Source: Cyanophora paradoxa CCMP329
Taxonomy: Eukaryota > Plantae > Glaucophyta
Reading direction: 5' to 3'
Assembly: GCA_004431415.1 (NCBI GenBank)
Contig: QPMI01000445.1
Location: forward strand, 62,001 to 126,000
Length of the DNA: 64,000 nt
A model generated the notes under the pieces. That model saw nothing but the letters and a program-made list of their open reading frames with translations. It searched no databases and was not told the DNA's origin. Every line of letters begins with the position of its first letter. Position 1 is the stretch's first letter. Both the position numbers and the translations under genes were made by a program. This document shows, piece by piece, positions 12,426 through 24,291 of the stretch.

Positions 12426-14334
12426 ATGTTCCGCTCCGGTAACTGCGGGCCCCCGACCCTAGCCGAGCCCTAGCGAGGCCATAGCACGTCAGTGCTGATC
12501 TTTTCACGCGCCCAGCCTTCTTCCGGGCCGCGGCCGCTGGTGCGCGCCAGTACACCACCGCCGCCGGCGCCAAGCCCGCGTCGAATGTTTCTCGGCGGAT
12601 CATTGCTGCCGGCGTTCTCGGCGGGGCTGCGATCCTCGCTGCGAACAACCAGGCGAGCTATTAGTTGCCGAAGGGTTGCACGGGCGTTGGCTCACCGTCG
12701 CCGGCGGGCAGACCGCCGTGGCGCACGCCGATGTGCCCGACTTTCTCGCTCCGATGCTCCCCGAGTTCGTGGTGTCCATGTTCGCCTCGAAGGTTCGTCG
12801 CGGCGCCCCTGCGCGACGCCCGATGGAAACGCGAATGTCGCCCGCGCGCGGGGCGCCCCGCTGACTGCGTAACGCGCGCCCAGAACATCGAGGACGTGAA
12901 GAAGGCCATCGCCGGTGCGCCCCGCCGCCCCCGCCGTCGCCGCCCCCGCGCGCGGGCGTCGGGCGGGCGGCCGATTCGGGCGGCGGGGCAGCGACGCTGG
13001 AGGACCCGGCGTGGGACGACGGCTCGTGGGGCCCGACCTACGTGCGCCTCGCGTGGCACCTCTCCGGCACCTTCGACAAGAAGGACGGCTCCGGCGGCTC
13101 CGCCGGCGGTGCGTTACGCGCAGCCCCCGGCGGACCCGCGGCCCCGCCCTCCGCTGACCCGCGCGCCGCCCGCACAGGCCGCATCCGCCACAGCCCCGAG
13201 GCGAGCCGGCCCGGTCGCGCCTCGCCGCGCCAGCCGGCGGGGCGCCCCTGACACGCGCGCGCGCGGGCGCAGGCGGCGTGGGGCGCGAACAAGGGCCTGC
13301 AGCACGCCCGCGCCCGCCTCGAGTCCGTCAAGGCCAAGGTCCGCACGCCCCGCCCCCCCCGCGCCGGGCTCGGGTCGAGCGGGCGCGCGGCGGGGCGGCA
13401 GTACCCCTGGATGAGCTACGCGGACCTGTACACCCTCGCCGGCGCCGTGGCCGTCGAGGCCATGGGCGGGCCCGCCATCCCCTGGCGCCAGGGCCGCTCC
13501 GACGACGTGCGCCGCGCGGCCCCTCTCGCCCCGCCCCGCGCCCCCGGGCCCACGCCGGCGCAGGCGGACGGCTCGCGGTCGCCGCCGGACGGGCGCCTGC
13601 CGGACGCCTCGAAGGAGCAGTCGCACGTGCGCCAGATCTTCTACCGCATGGGCTTCAACGACCGCGAGATCGGTGCCCCGCCCCGCCCCGCCCCGCCCCG
13701 CCCCGCCCGGCGCCCCGCACCCCCCGGGGACCCGCCCTGAGCTGGCCGCGGGCAGTCGCGCTGCTGGGCGCGCACTCGCTGGGCCGCTGCCACGTCGAGA
13801 ACTCGGGCTACACGGGCCCCTGGACCCGCGCCCCCACCACCTTCTCCAACGGCGCGCCCGCCCCCCGCCGCCCGCCCCCGCTTACGGCCCCGCCCCCGCC
13901 CTGCTGACGGGCCGCCTCGGCTCGCGCGGGCGCAGAGTACTACAAGGAGCTGCTGAAGCAGAAGTGGCAGAAGAAGAAGTGGGGCGGCCCGCTGCAGTAC
14001 GAGGACAAGGCGACGGGCGACCTGATGATGACCCCCGCCGACCTCGCCCTCATCAACGACAAGGAGTTCAAGAAGTTCGTCGACCTTTACGCCAAGGTCT
14101 GCCCCGCCCCTGCGCCCCGAGATGGCAACGCCCCGGCCCGGATTCGAGCCGGGGCCCGGCCGGGCCCGCGGCGCAGGACGAGAAGGTCTTCTTCGCGGAC
14201 TTCGCCGCCGCCTTCGCCAAGCTCCTCGTGCGTACCCCCGGGGCGGGGGCCGCCGGGGCGGGGCGGGGCGGGGCGGGCGGCGCCGACTCCCGCGGCAGGA
14301 GCTCGGCGTGGCGTTCCCCGAGGTCAAGGCCTAG
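12426..14334 (+). CDS. CCP1: mitochondrial cytochrome c peroxidase (class I heme peroxidase), 13 exons
   Basis: Presequence [17 protein letters not shown]; [19 protein letters not shown]; DGRLPDA; [24 protein letters not shown]; SGYTGPWT; TTFSNEYY. Confidence 0.95.
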
Positions 14335-15184
14335 CCGCGGAGCGTCCCCGCCAGGCCAGGCCCTCCATAATACTCCTCTCCCGTATTTTCAGCCAGGACT
14401 CCGAAAAACGCGCGCTTGCCGCGGGAGGAAGGGGGAAGGGGTAGAGCATGCACGTGCCCATGGGCCCTAGCGTGGCTGGCCCAGTGCAAAGTGCCCTGTC
14501 GGGGCCCCGGCCCCGCGGGGCGCGACTGGCAGGGACGGGATCGCCACGGACTGTTTCGTGTGTCGCGGCCGGCCGATCGATATCGTGAACACGAGGCCGG
14601 CGCCAACAAACCGACCAGCCCCCGCCGCCTGTGCCTCGTGCCAGGGCGGCGGCCTAGAGATCCGGATCCCGGACCCAAAACGAGCGAGGCAGGGGCTCGA
14701 GGGGCGCCCTTGCTCGATATCGACGTCGACGCTTCAAACGGCGGGCTCCGCGACGACGGGGCTAGCCCAGGGAAGCGATTCGCAGCGCCCGATCGCGAGC
14801 TTGCTTGGGTCAACCTCGAGCCCGCAGGGCCGCCGCGCCGCTGCTGATTCCCGTGTACATGTCGCTGGCAAAAGCTCCCGCTTGTGGTACCCGGGCCAGG
14901 CAAACAAGTCAACTTAAATCTGATATTAAAGCACAAACGGACACGGGGAGGTGAGCGCAGAAGGAAACGGGAAGAGAGGCGTAGAAGAGAGTAGATGGTG
15001 GGTTGGCGGAGATCGGTGGCCGGAAAGAGGATGTGCGTTCGGTGGGAGGGAAAGGGAAAGCAAGGGAACGGGGCACAAGAGCCGCGCTGTGCTGACTTTA
15101 GCGCGGAGCCTGCGTGACCGAAAAGAAGGTTAACGAAGGAAGTGGACCGACGCAGACGGGCGAGGCACGCACCATCACCGCTCT

Positions 15185-15953
15185 CTACTCGTCGCCGCCC
15201 TCGGCGTAGCTATACTCTGCTTTGTTGTGCATGATGAGCTCATCGTTGACGAAGTAGAAAGAGTCGCTTCGTGTCTCAAACGGATGGTCCACCAGCTCGC
15301 GCTCTGCCGCACCAGTGCGTCATGCGATGCGCACAACGGAGCCGCGGGTGCGGCATCCCGCTGCGAGGCCGGACGGTGCGGACGCACTCGCTTCAGGAGT
15401 GAGCTTCGGCATCTGGTAGATTGCTTCCCACGAGTTGGTGCTGTTCGGTATGCAGAAACCAAACTTGAAGTCGTAGCTCTTAAGCAGGCGGTCGCGGAAG
15501 TAGTGCCGCTCAATCATACGGAAGTTCGGCACCGGCTTCGCGCCAACCGAGAACACGAGTCTGCGCGGGGCAATCGATGAGCGTCCGACCATTGGCAGCG
15601 CGTGGCTGGTGGCTCGGGCGCACGTCGTCCCGACCATGTTGAGATCCAAGAAGCTGGCTGGGAAAGTGTACTTGATGCAGCGCACGCTGTCATCCACTTC
15701 GTCCGGAATCGGCTGCGGCGGCGCATTCGGGTCCACCTCCTTGCTCACTTCAAAGATGGTCTTGTTCGTCTCATAGTCGCGAATCTTGAAGGAGACGAAA
15801 TCGATACCGTAGACATTGGCCGCCAGCGGGCACAGGAAAACTGCAGAGGCGCGGTCAGCGGCGGCCGCGCGCGCGTGCGGCTCCACTCTCACATTCGGTC
15901 GGCTTAGTGAAGGTGAGCACGTCCTCCGGCTTTACTTTGGGCGTGGCTGCCAT
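15185..15953 (-). CDS. UNC119: UNC119 myristoyl-cargo ciliary trafficking protein
   Basis: [21 protein letters not shown]; [36 protein letters not shown]; [26 protein letters not shown]. Confidence 0.97.
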
Positions 15954-16041
15954 CGTTCTGACCCGCCGCGCGACGAACACAGGTACCCAGCGACAGGTCG
16001 CCCCCCCACCTCCTCTTGCTGAGAACTTTTGCGTCGCTCCC

Positions 16042-17625
16042 ATGTCCTACGGGGGCATTGGGCGCGAGCTGCGCAGCCAGTGCAGCGCCCCGACGTCGTT
16101 GGCGTGGTCTGTCCAGGCGCCGCCGCTCGGTCCCCGTGCGCGGCGCCGCTGGACGTTCGTGCAGCTCCCGGGCTGCTCTGCATCAACGCGGCTGCGCGGA
16201 TCTCTCTGCGTACGCCACCCAACGCGAAGCCGGCGGCGCGAGTCTGCGATTCCGTGCGTAGCGCCCCCCAGTTGCCATCTTGCCGCGAACGACGGCGCCT
16301 CAGATCCGCTCTGAACGCACGCGATTCGTCCTCTCGAAGCGATCCGCCACCGGAGCGCGTGCCGGAGGAGAAGCCGGTGCCGACATCCCGCACAGGGCGC
16401 CCGCACGCCCCGTCGCGGGCCGACGGCGCGGCAGGCGCGGCACAGGGCGATCGCGGAGGTGGACACGTTCCTGGCGGAGCGGCACGCGCCGGGGCGGCCG
16501 GTGCTGCTGGCGCTCTCCGGCGGGCCCGACTCGCTCGCCCTCTTCCACGCGCTGCGGCTCTCGGAGGCGATGCGGCGCGGCCGCCTTGAGCTCGTCTGCG
16601 GCCACTTCGACCACGGCTGGCGCGCCGAGAGCGCCGCCGAGGCCGCCGCCGTCGCCGCCGCCTGCGCCGCCTTCGGCCTGCGCTGCCGCAGCGCGCGGCT
16701 GCCGGGGCCGCCGCCGGCGCGGGACGCGGAGCGGGCGGCGCGGGAGGCGCGGTACGCGGCGCTGCGGGGCTGGGCGGCGGAGGAGGGCGCGCAGGCCGTC
16801 CTTGTTGCCCACCAGGCCGACGAGCAGGCGCCCGCCCCGCACCGCCCCGCACCCCGCCCTCGCACGGGGGCCGACGGGGCGGTGCGGGGGCGCAGGCTGA
16901 GACGGTGCTGAAGCGGCTGCTGGAGGGGGCCGACCTCTCCCGCATCTCCGGCATGGCCCCCGAGGCGCCCTTCCCCTTCCCCGCCCCGCCCGGCGCGCCC
17001 CCCGCCCCGCCCCTCTGGCGGCCCCTCCTCGCCGTCCCCAAGGCCGAGCTGGAGGCCTTCCTGGTCGCCGTGCGGGCGGCCCTGCCCGAGCCGCTGCGGG
17101 CGCACGCGGCGCCGGCGGAGGACCCGAGCAACGCCGACCCGCGGTACCTGCGGGCGCGCATGCGGGCCGCCCTCCTCCCGCTCCTCTCCGACGCCTTCGG
17201 CAAGCGCGTCTCCCGCCCCCTCGCCCTCGCCGCCGCGCGCTCCCGGGAGCTCGCCGAGTACCTGGAGGCGCGGGCGGCGCCCTACGCCGCCCGCGCCGCG
17301 CCCCTCCCCGGGGCGGCCTCCGGGCGGACCTCGCGGGGCTCCCTCCCCCCACCCCCTCGAGGCCCGCGCGCTGCTCCGCGCCCTCTGCGCGGCCGCCGGG
17401 GCCCGTCCCTCCCGCGAGGCCCTCGCCGCCGCCGCCGCCGCCCTCTGCGCCCCGCCCGCCCCGGGCCGCGGCGGGGCCCGCCGCTTCGACGCCGGCGCCG
17501 GCTTCCTCCTCCTCGTCCGCCCCGGCCACCTCTCCCTCGAGCCCCCGCCGCGCGGCGCCGGCGACGAGGGCGGCGGCAGCGCTGCTGGTAGCTGCACCGA
17601 CTCTAGTGGTAGTTGGTTATATTAA
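16042..17625 (+). CDS. tilS: tRNA(Ile)-lysidine synthase with N-terminal organelle-targeting-like extension
   Basis: LLALSGGPDS PP-loop; HFDHGWR; AAREARY; AHQADEQAETVLKRLLEGA; WRPLL; EDPSN; YLRARMR. The 3' end needs frame changes in homopolymer runs near 17305-17352. Confidence 0.92.
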
Positions 17626-18028
17626 TCTTATAATTATGCAGCTAAACTAGTACACTGAAGTAGACCTCGACGCACGTGGACGCACGTGGCATACAGTGGT
17701 ATCTACCGACGCAACTCGCCGAGTCGTACCGGTACCGACTCACCACCGACTCGAGTACCGATCGCGAGGACCATCCCGCATGCAGAGGCGAGCGGCGACT
17801 CGCGGCGGGCATGTTGCCCGAGAAGCACTTTAGCTAGCGGCGCCTAGCGCTCGACCGGATGGCCCAGTGGGCCCGGATCCGGAGCTCCCGAGTCGAATCG
17901 GACCCCGGGCTCTCGAGTTGAAGTCACTCTTCGGGGGGTACCGTCGACTTTCAAACGTGGTGGTTTTCAGAAGAAGTCGGTTGCGTAAACTGCGCGGCGA
18001 TGAGAGACTGAGCGCGCGGACGCTTAGC

Positions 18029-21000
18029 ATGGACTCGAGAAGGTGCGAAGAGCTAGCTCGCAGCACCGCGCGCCTAACTGCCGCGGCGTCGGTGTACGTT
18101 ACCGTTGAGCCGCTGAGTCCTCCTGTCACAACGCAGGCTAGCGACCTCGAGCGGGCTCCGGCAGCCTAGTTCGCGGGTCAGCACGAAGGGAGAGATGCTA
18201 GCGGGGCCGAAGAGGTGCTGGAGCGAGCGCCCCGCCCCGCCAGCCTGGGGCGCTTCACTGAGGGAAGCGCGCAGATCGCCCGCGGCGGCGCCGGCCCCCG
18301 AGGCCAAGCGCAAGCCCGGTGTCAGCCCTGGGAGGCCCAAATCTCGGCAGCAGGAGCCGGAGTGCGCCTCGCCCGTGCTCGGATCTAGCCTGCACGCCCC
18401 GGAGGCCCCGCCGGCGATATCGATGCAGCCGCTCGGCGGCGCCACGTGCACCCTCGGCAGCTCGCTCGCGGCCAGCGCGCTCAGCACCAGCGCCGCTCTA
18501 AACACGAGCGCCCTGAACACGAGCAGCGCGAGCGCCAGCGGGAAGCCGGAGGACCGCATCCGCGTCAGCCTGCGCGTGCGGCCGCTGACGGAGGCCGAGA
18601 TGGGGCGGGCTGTCGTGATCAAGACGGAGGGCGGCCCGAACGAGCTGCAGTTCGACATGCTGGCGTGCACCTACGTCGACCGCTGCAAGACCTTCACAGC
18701 GGACCAGGTCCGCCTGCAGTCCCGCCGGGCCGCTCCCGAGTGACGCGGGGCCCTCCCCGCCCCCCAGGTCTTCAGGGAGCACGCGAGCCAGGAGCACGTG
18801 TACAACTCGATCGCGCGCGGCTGCGTCTCCGACTTCGTGCGCGGCTACGACAGCCTCCTCATCGCCTACGGGCAGACCGGCACCGGTGCGCGCCCCCGCC
18901 GCCCGCGCGCCGCCCTCACGTCCTCCTGCCCGCCGACGCCGCGCCGCGCACCGGCGCAGGCAAGACGTACACGGTGGTGGGGAACAACACGTCGAACCGG
19001 GAGGACCCGAAGCGCGGGCTGCTGCCGCGCGCCGCCGACCAGGCGCGCGCCGCCCCGCGCCGCCCCCCGCCCTGCCCCGCGCCGCCCCCGCCCTGCCCGC
19101 GCCGCGCTCGCTCTGAGCGCCCGGGGGCAGATTTTCACGGAGCTGAACAGCGAGGAGGACGAGTGGGCGTATATCGTGTCGATGAACATGTTCCAGGCCC
19201 GCCGCGCCGGCCCCTGCCCCTGCCCCGCTTGGATCGCGCGGCGACCTCGCGCGCGCGCGCAGATCTACAAGGAGCAGATCTTCGACATGCTCGGCGGGCC
19301 GAGCGGGGCGCCCCACGCGGCGGCCGACAAGCTCGACATCCGCGGTGCGCCGGCCCCGCCCCGCCCCGCCCCGCCCCGCCGGCGCCGGCGCCGGGCCTCA
19401 CCGGGGTGGCCGGCGCCGCAGAAGACTCGGCGCAGGGCGTGTACGTCGAGGGCCTCTCCGAGGTCCGGCCCCCTGCCTCCCCGCCCCTTTCCCGGCGCCG
19501 GGGCCGGGGCCCACCAGGGCGGGGGCGGGGCAGCACGCGGTGGCGCGGCCGATCGACCTGCTGCGGAAGCTGAAGGAGGGCATGGAGCGCCGCAGCGAGC
19601 GCGACACCAAGTCGGTCAGCGCGCCCGCCCCCGCCCGGCCCCCCTCGGAATCCCCCCCGGCCCAAGCTCCCTCCCCTCCCTCCCTTCAGAACGCGCACTC
19701 GTCGCGCTCGCACGCGGTGACGGTGATCACGCTGCGGCGGTGGCGCAAGGCGGAGGCGGCGGAGGCCGGGGCGGCGGCGGTGGTGGTCAGCCGCCTGTGC
19801 GTGGTGGACATGGCGGGGAGCGAGAACGTGAAGAAGAGCGGGGTGCGGGCGGAGGGGATGGAGGAGGCGAAGCAGATCAACCTCTCGATCTACACGCTGG
19901 GGAACGTCATCGAGAGCCTCGTGCGGCAGTCGCCCCACGTCCCCTACCGCGAGTCAAGGCTCACCCGCTTCCTCGAGGTGCCCCGCCCCTCCCCTCTCGC
20001 CCGCGCACGCCCCTCACCCGCCCGCCCGCCCGCCCGCCCGCAGCCCTTCCTGGCGCAGTCGGGGAAGGTGAGCGTGGTGGTGACGCTCTCGCCGAGCGCG
20101 ACGGCGTACGAGGAGACGCGCTCCGCCCTTGCCTTCGCGGAGAAGGCCATGCGCGTCCCCACCCGCGCCGTCCAGGTCCGCCCCGCAGGCCCCTCGCCTC
20201 GCCCCGCCCCGGAGGCCTGAACCGCCGGCCGGGGCGGGGGCGGGCGGGGGCAGAACGTGGTGGTGCCGCCCGAGGTCGAGGCGCGGCTGCTGCGGGCGGA
20301 GAACGGGCGCCTGCGCGAGGAGCTGCGGGAGGCGCGGGCCGCCCTCGAGGCCGGCGAGGAGCGCGCGGGGCGGCTGCGGGCGGAGGCGGCGCACCAGCGC
20401 GCGGAGGGCGAGGCGCTGCGGCGGCGGCTCGCGGAGGTCGAGGGCGAGCTCCGCGACAGCGAGGCGAGCGGCAGCACCGTCTTCCGCGGCGGCGCCACCG
20501 CCCCCGTCCCCGCGGGGCACCGCCGGGCCGCAAGCTCCGACTCGGACCGGACGTGCGGGGCGTGCGAGGCGTGGCGGCTGCGGGCGGAGGCGGCGGCGGC
20601 GGAGGCGGAGGCGGCGCGGGGGCGCTGGAGGACGTGGCGGCCCGCCTCGAGCGGCTCCGGCCCCGCGCCGAGGCCGCCGCCGAGGCCGCCGCGGCGGCCG
20701 CGGCCGCGCCGGGGCCTCGCGGAAGCGGGCGTCGGGGCGGGGGCGGAGGAGGGCGGCCCGCGCTCCCGCATGCGCGCGGGGACCCCGGCCGCGGCGGCAT
20801 CGGCGGCATCGGCGGCGCTCGCCTCGGGCAGCGAGGAGGAGGCGGACGGGGGCGAGGAGGAGGAGGGCCCGGCCCAAGCCGCCGCCTCCACCCCGTCCCG
20901 CCGCCGCCGCCGCGCCCCGCCGGGCGTCCGCCGCCGTCCCCGCGGCGCTCCTCGGGGCCCCGGCCGGCGGGGCGGCCGACGCGTGCGGCGCGGTGCTGGG

Positions 21001-21457
21001 GGCGCTGGAAGCGGCGGTGGACGGCGTCGAGGCGGCGTGCGGCGAGCTGCGCGGGGCGGCCGGCGAGGCGGCGCGGGCGCGGGCGGCGGAGGCGGAGGCG
21101 GGGGCGGAGCTGGCGCGCGAGCGGAAGCACACCGAGTACCTCGAGCGCATCGTCCGCATCCAGGTGCCCGCGGCTGGCCCCGCGCCGGCGAGCCGGCCCC
21201 GCTGAGGCGCCCCGCCCCGCGCGCAGGACGACTGGCTGCGGGAGGAGCGGGAGAAGGGGAGGCGGGGGCGGCGGCGCTGGCGGCGGCGCGGGAGGAGGCG
21301 CGTGCGGCGGCGGAGGCGGCGCGGGAGCGGGCGGGGCGGGCGGGGGCGGCGGCGCGGGGGGCGCTGGAGGCCGGGGAGCGGCTCGGGGCGGTGCTCACGG
21401 GCGTCACGGACATCCCCGAGGTCCTCGAGCAGCTCGCCGCCTGCCTCGCCCGCCTCC

Positions 21458-21498
<41 letters not shown>

Positions 21499-22300
21499 GA
21501 GGCCGTCGCGCCCGAGGGCCCAGGTGGATCCAGCGGCAGCCCCGCGCGCCCCGCCGCCCCGGCGGCCCCGGCGCACGCCGCGCCCCGGTTGCACGTCCAC
21601 GTGCAGCGGGTCGCCTCCTCGCCCGCGCTGCCGCCCCCCGCGGCCGCCGGCGCGCCTCCGCGGGCCCGCCGCCCCGCTGCGCGACACTGCCCGCCGCTGC
21701 TGCGGCGGGGCCGCCGGAGCTGCCGGCGCGGCGGCTGCCCCGCGCCGAGTCCGCCGGGGGGGCGAGCTGCGCGGGGGGGGACACGGACGCCGCCTCCGAC
21801 CTCTGCAACCTGGCACGTACCCCTGTCCTCCCCCGCCCACTCCCCCCCACTCCCCCCCCCCTTCTGACAGGCGGGGCAGGGTTCGGAGCGCTCGCTGGAG
21901 GGGAGCCCGGACCCAAGCGGCCTGGCGGCAGGCCACCGGGACGAGCCCGTACCCTTCGCGTGCGTCACCGCGACGGCGCGCGCCCCGCCCCGCTTCGCAC
22001 CGTCTGACCCTCGACGGCGCCCCTCGGCGCAGCTCCTCGCCGGACCGCCGCTTGCTGGTGGCGCCGCTCCCGGGGGGAGCGCGGGGCAGCCCGCGGGTGC
22101 AGCCGTGTGCGCCCCAGGCGGGGGCGCAGGCACCCGCGACGACCCCCGCGCGGGCGGCGGCGGGGGCGCGGGCGCCGCCGGCGACGCCCTCGAGCGCGAG
22201 CCGCGCGGGGGAGATCAGGAGCCGCTACGCCCAGGCCCTCGCCCTCCGCGGGCCCGGCCACGCGCCGGCGCCGGCCGCGCGGCAGCTCCCATTCGCCTGA
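18029..22300 (+). CDS. kinesin motor protein with coiled-coil tail
   Basis: IRVSLRVRP; YGQTGTGKT P-loop; NAHSSRSH; VVDMAGSE; INLSIYTLGNVI; HVPYRESRLT; EETRSALAFA. Confidence 0.95.
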
Positions 22301-22631
22301 TATGAGCCGCTGAGCGGGAGCGCGGCTGTCGGCGGGGTCCCATAAAGCGAAGCACTGCAGACGCCGACAGACTCGTGGACAGATTAAGATATTATTCGAT
22401 CGAAAGTGGCATCTAAACTTCGAATTCACTGTAAATCGAGAAATTTTGAACGCTCTAGATCTGCTTGCAGACGTCGACTGTACTCCTACATATCGATAAT
22501 AATGTCCCTGCGGAGCAGGAGCTCGAGTGGCCTTAAGCTTGGGGTCTTGCAGAATTGTGGGAATTTGTGGCTTCAAGGCGTAAGGGTGCACGTGGCTGCT
22601 CTTTGTATTTGTGTTAGAGGGGCGCCGGGCC

Positions 22632-24251
22632 CGAAATCTGCGCAACGTTGCGCGCTTCTAATTAGACTAGAGGCTGTGGCCGGTAATTCAAAAAAAAAAT
22701 TATATATAAATCCCCGCAGAAAACTGGGCGCGCAGGACTCCGGGAAGCGCAGATTCGTGCCGTACCCCGGGGTAGCTCTGCCCTTTCGCATCGTCCTGCT
22801 TCTCCTCAGTCTCCACGTCGTCTTGTTGGTCCTCTTACCTGTCTGCTTCCTGTGATTTACTAGGTCTTCGACTCGCCCCCGCCCCCGCTCGTCTCAGGAG
22901 GTGCAAGGTGGGGTCTAAAGTAGGGACGCTGACAGAATACAACAACTAATTATAAGTAATCCTCAGCGACTATCTATACAACTAATATAAATAATGCTAG
23001 ACAATGCTAGGCGCGCGTAGGCGTAGGTGGCTAGGCCTGGGCCTGCGCGCAGCGCCGCCCGGCGGCCGCCCACGTGCACCGTGCCTCCGCCCCGCCCGGC
23101 GAACCGCACCGCCGCCCGCGGGCCGCGCGCCGGTGCCCGGAGAGCTGCGCCGCCGCCCCGCTCGCCGCGCGCGCCTTCGCCCGCGCGGCCCCCCGGGCCC
23201 GCGCCCCGAGCCGTCCTCTGCCCACGGGCCGCGCCCCCGTCCCGCCTGCCGAGCCGCGCCGCCGCCTGCCGAGCCGCGCCGCCGCCTGCCGCGCAGCTGA
23301 GCTGCCACGCGCGCGTCGCGCCTCCGAGGCCCCGTCCCGCTTGGCGACTCGGCGAGCCGCGCCGATCGCTACCCGACCGCCCCGCCCGTCATATGCATGG
23401 CGCCGGCCTCGCGTCGCGCAGCCGCTGAGCCGGCCGCTGCGCACTCCCGCGTGCCGCGCCTGGGCCGGGTTAGCCGAGCAGCGGAGAGCGACATGTCCAG
23501 CTGGGGCCGCGCGGGCCAGGCGCGGGGACCGTCGGACACGGGAGCTCGAGGGCGGTGGCGCGCGCGGCTCGCGCGCTGGCAGAGCGGAGCGCGCACGCGC
23601 GGCGCGACGCCCCGGCCGCGCGCGGAGGCGCGGCGGGCGGCGGCGCGGGCTGTAGGCTGGCAGGCTGGCTGCGGTTGTACATGCCCCGGGCCTTCGTTGT
23701 GGCGGCGGCAAGTCGTCGGCGGCGGCGAGGAGCCTTGCGCGGGGTACAGCAAAAAGAGACGTCCGGCGGCGCCGGCCTTATCCACAGCGGGGTACCACAA
23801 AAAGACTTATCGCCGACGGAAAAAAGACCGACTTGCGAACTGGCCGACTTGGACAGCGTGACAGACAATCCGACGGGTAGCAAGGGGGGTTTGAGCAGCT
23901 GACCCCCCCTTGCAATCTTTCTCAATTTTGTCCTCCGCTTGTTAGTGATGTAATTTCTTCTGATATTGATGGTATCTCTAGCTCTAGCTCTTCTTCGCGT
24001 CTGTCATTCTCTGTCTCTAGCTCTAGATCTAGATCTGCTATAGCTAGGTCTGATTTACTTGTCCTCTCTTCTCGATCTGTCTCGCGCTCTGTGTCGATTT
24101 TAAATTTGGCTCTTTGTCTAGATCTCATCTTTTTTCGTGCTCTTGTCTTAGTTCTTTTGCTTTTTGTCTCTTTGCCCCCTGGGCAGCGCTAGCCCCCGCA
24201 GTGCTGGTGTCTAGAGGCTGTGGCCGGGACCCGGGAAGCGCGCAACGTTGC
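22632..24251. repeat. segment bracketed by shared direct and inverted short repeats (degenerate non-autonomous element?)
   Basis: CTAGAGGCTGTGGCCGG at 22667 and 24211; GCAACGTTGCGCGCTTC at 22642 inverted at 24235-24251; internal 20-bp tandem unit near 23245-23290. Confidence 0.35.
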
Positions 24252-24253
24252 CG

Positions 24254-24291
<38 letters not shown>

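Noticed and set aside
14416-14936. Short ORFs between CCP and UNC119
   Set aside because: No motifs or convincing splice structure; probably UTR or intergenic sequence
17305-17352. Apparent frameshifts near the 3' end of tilS (pseudogene or programmed frameshift)
   Set aside because: The shifts fall in C/G homopolymer runs and the catalytic motifs are intact, so assembly indel errors are more likely; needs a read-level check
18798-22007. Very long Arg/Ala/Pro/Gly ORFs (e.g. 1069, 932, 875, 842 aa) on both strands
   Set aside because: Stop codons are rare at this GC content; these ORFs are read-through of introns or antisense frames of the spliced genes identified above
23778-23786. TTATCCACA, a perfect DnaA box
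   Set aside because: A single 9-mer in eukaryotic nuclear DNA with no box cluster or origin context; plausible by chance
23922-24128. 68-aa acidic ORF on the minus strand
   Set aside because: A by-product of the purine-skewed low-complexity tract; its codon usage is unlike the host genes and it has no recognisable domain
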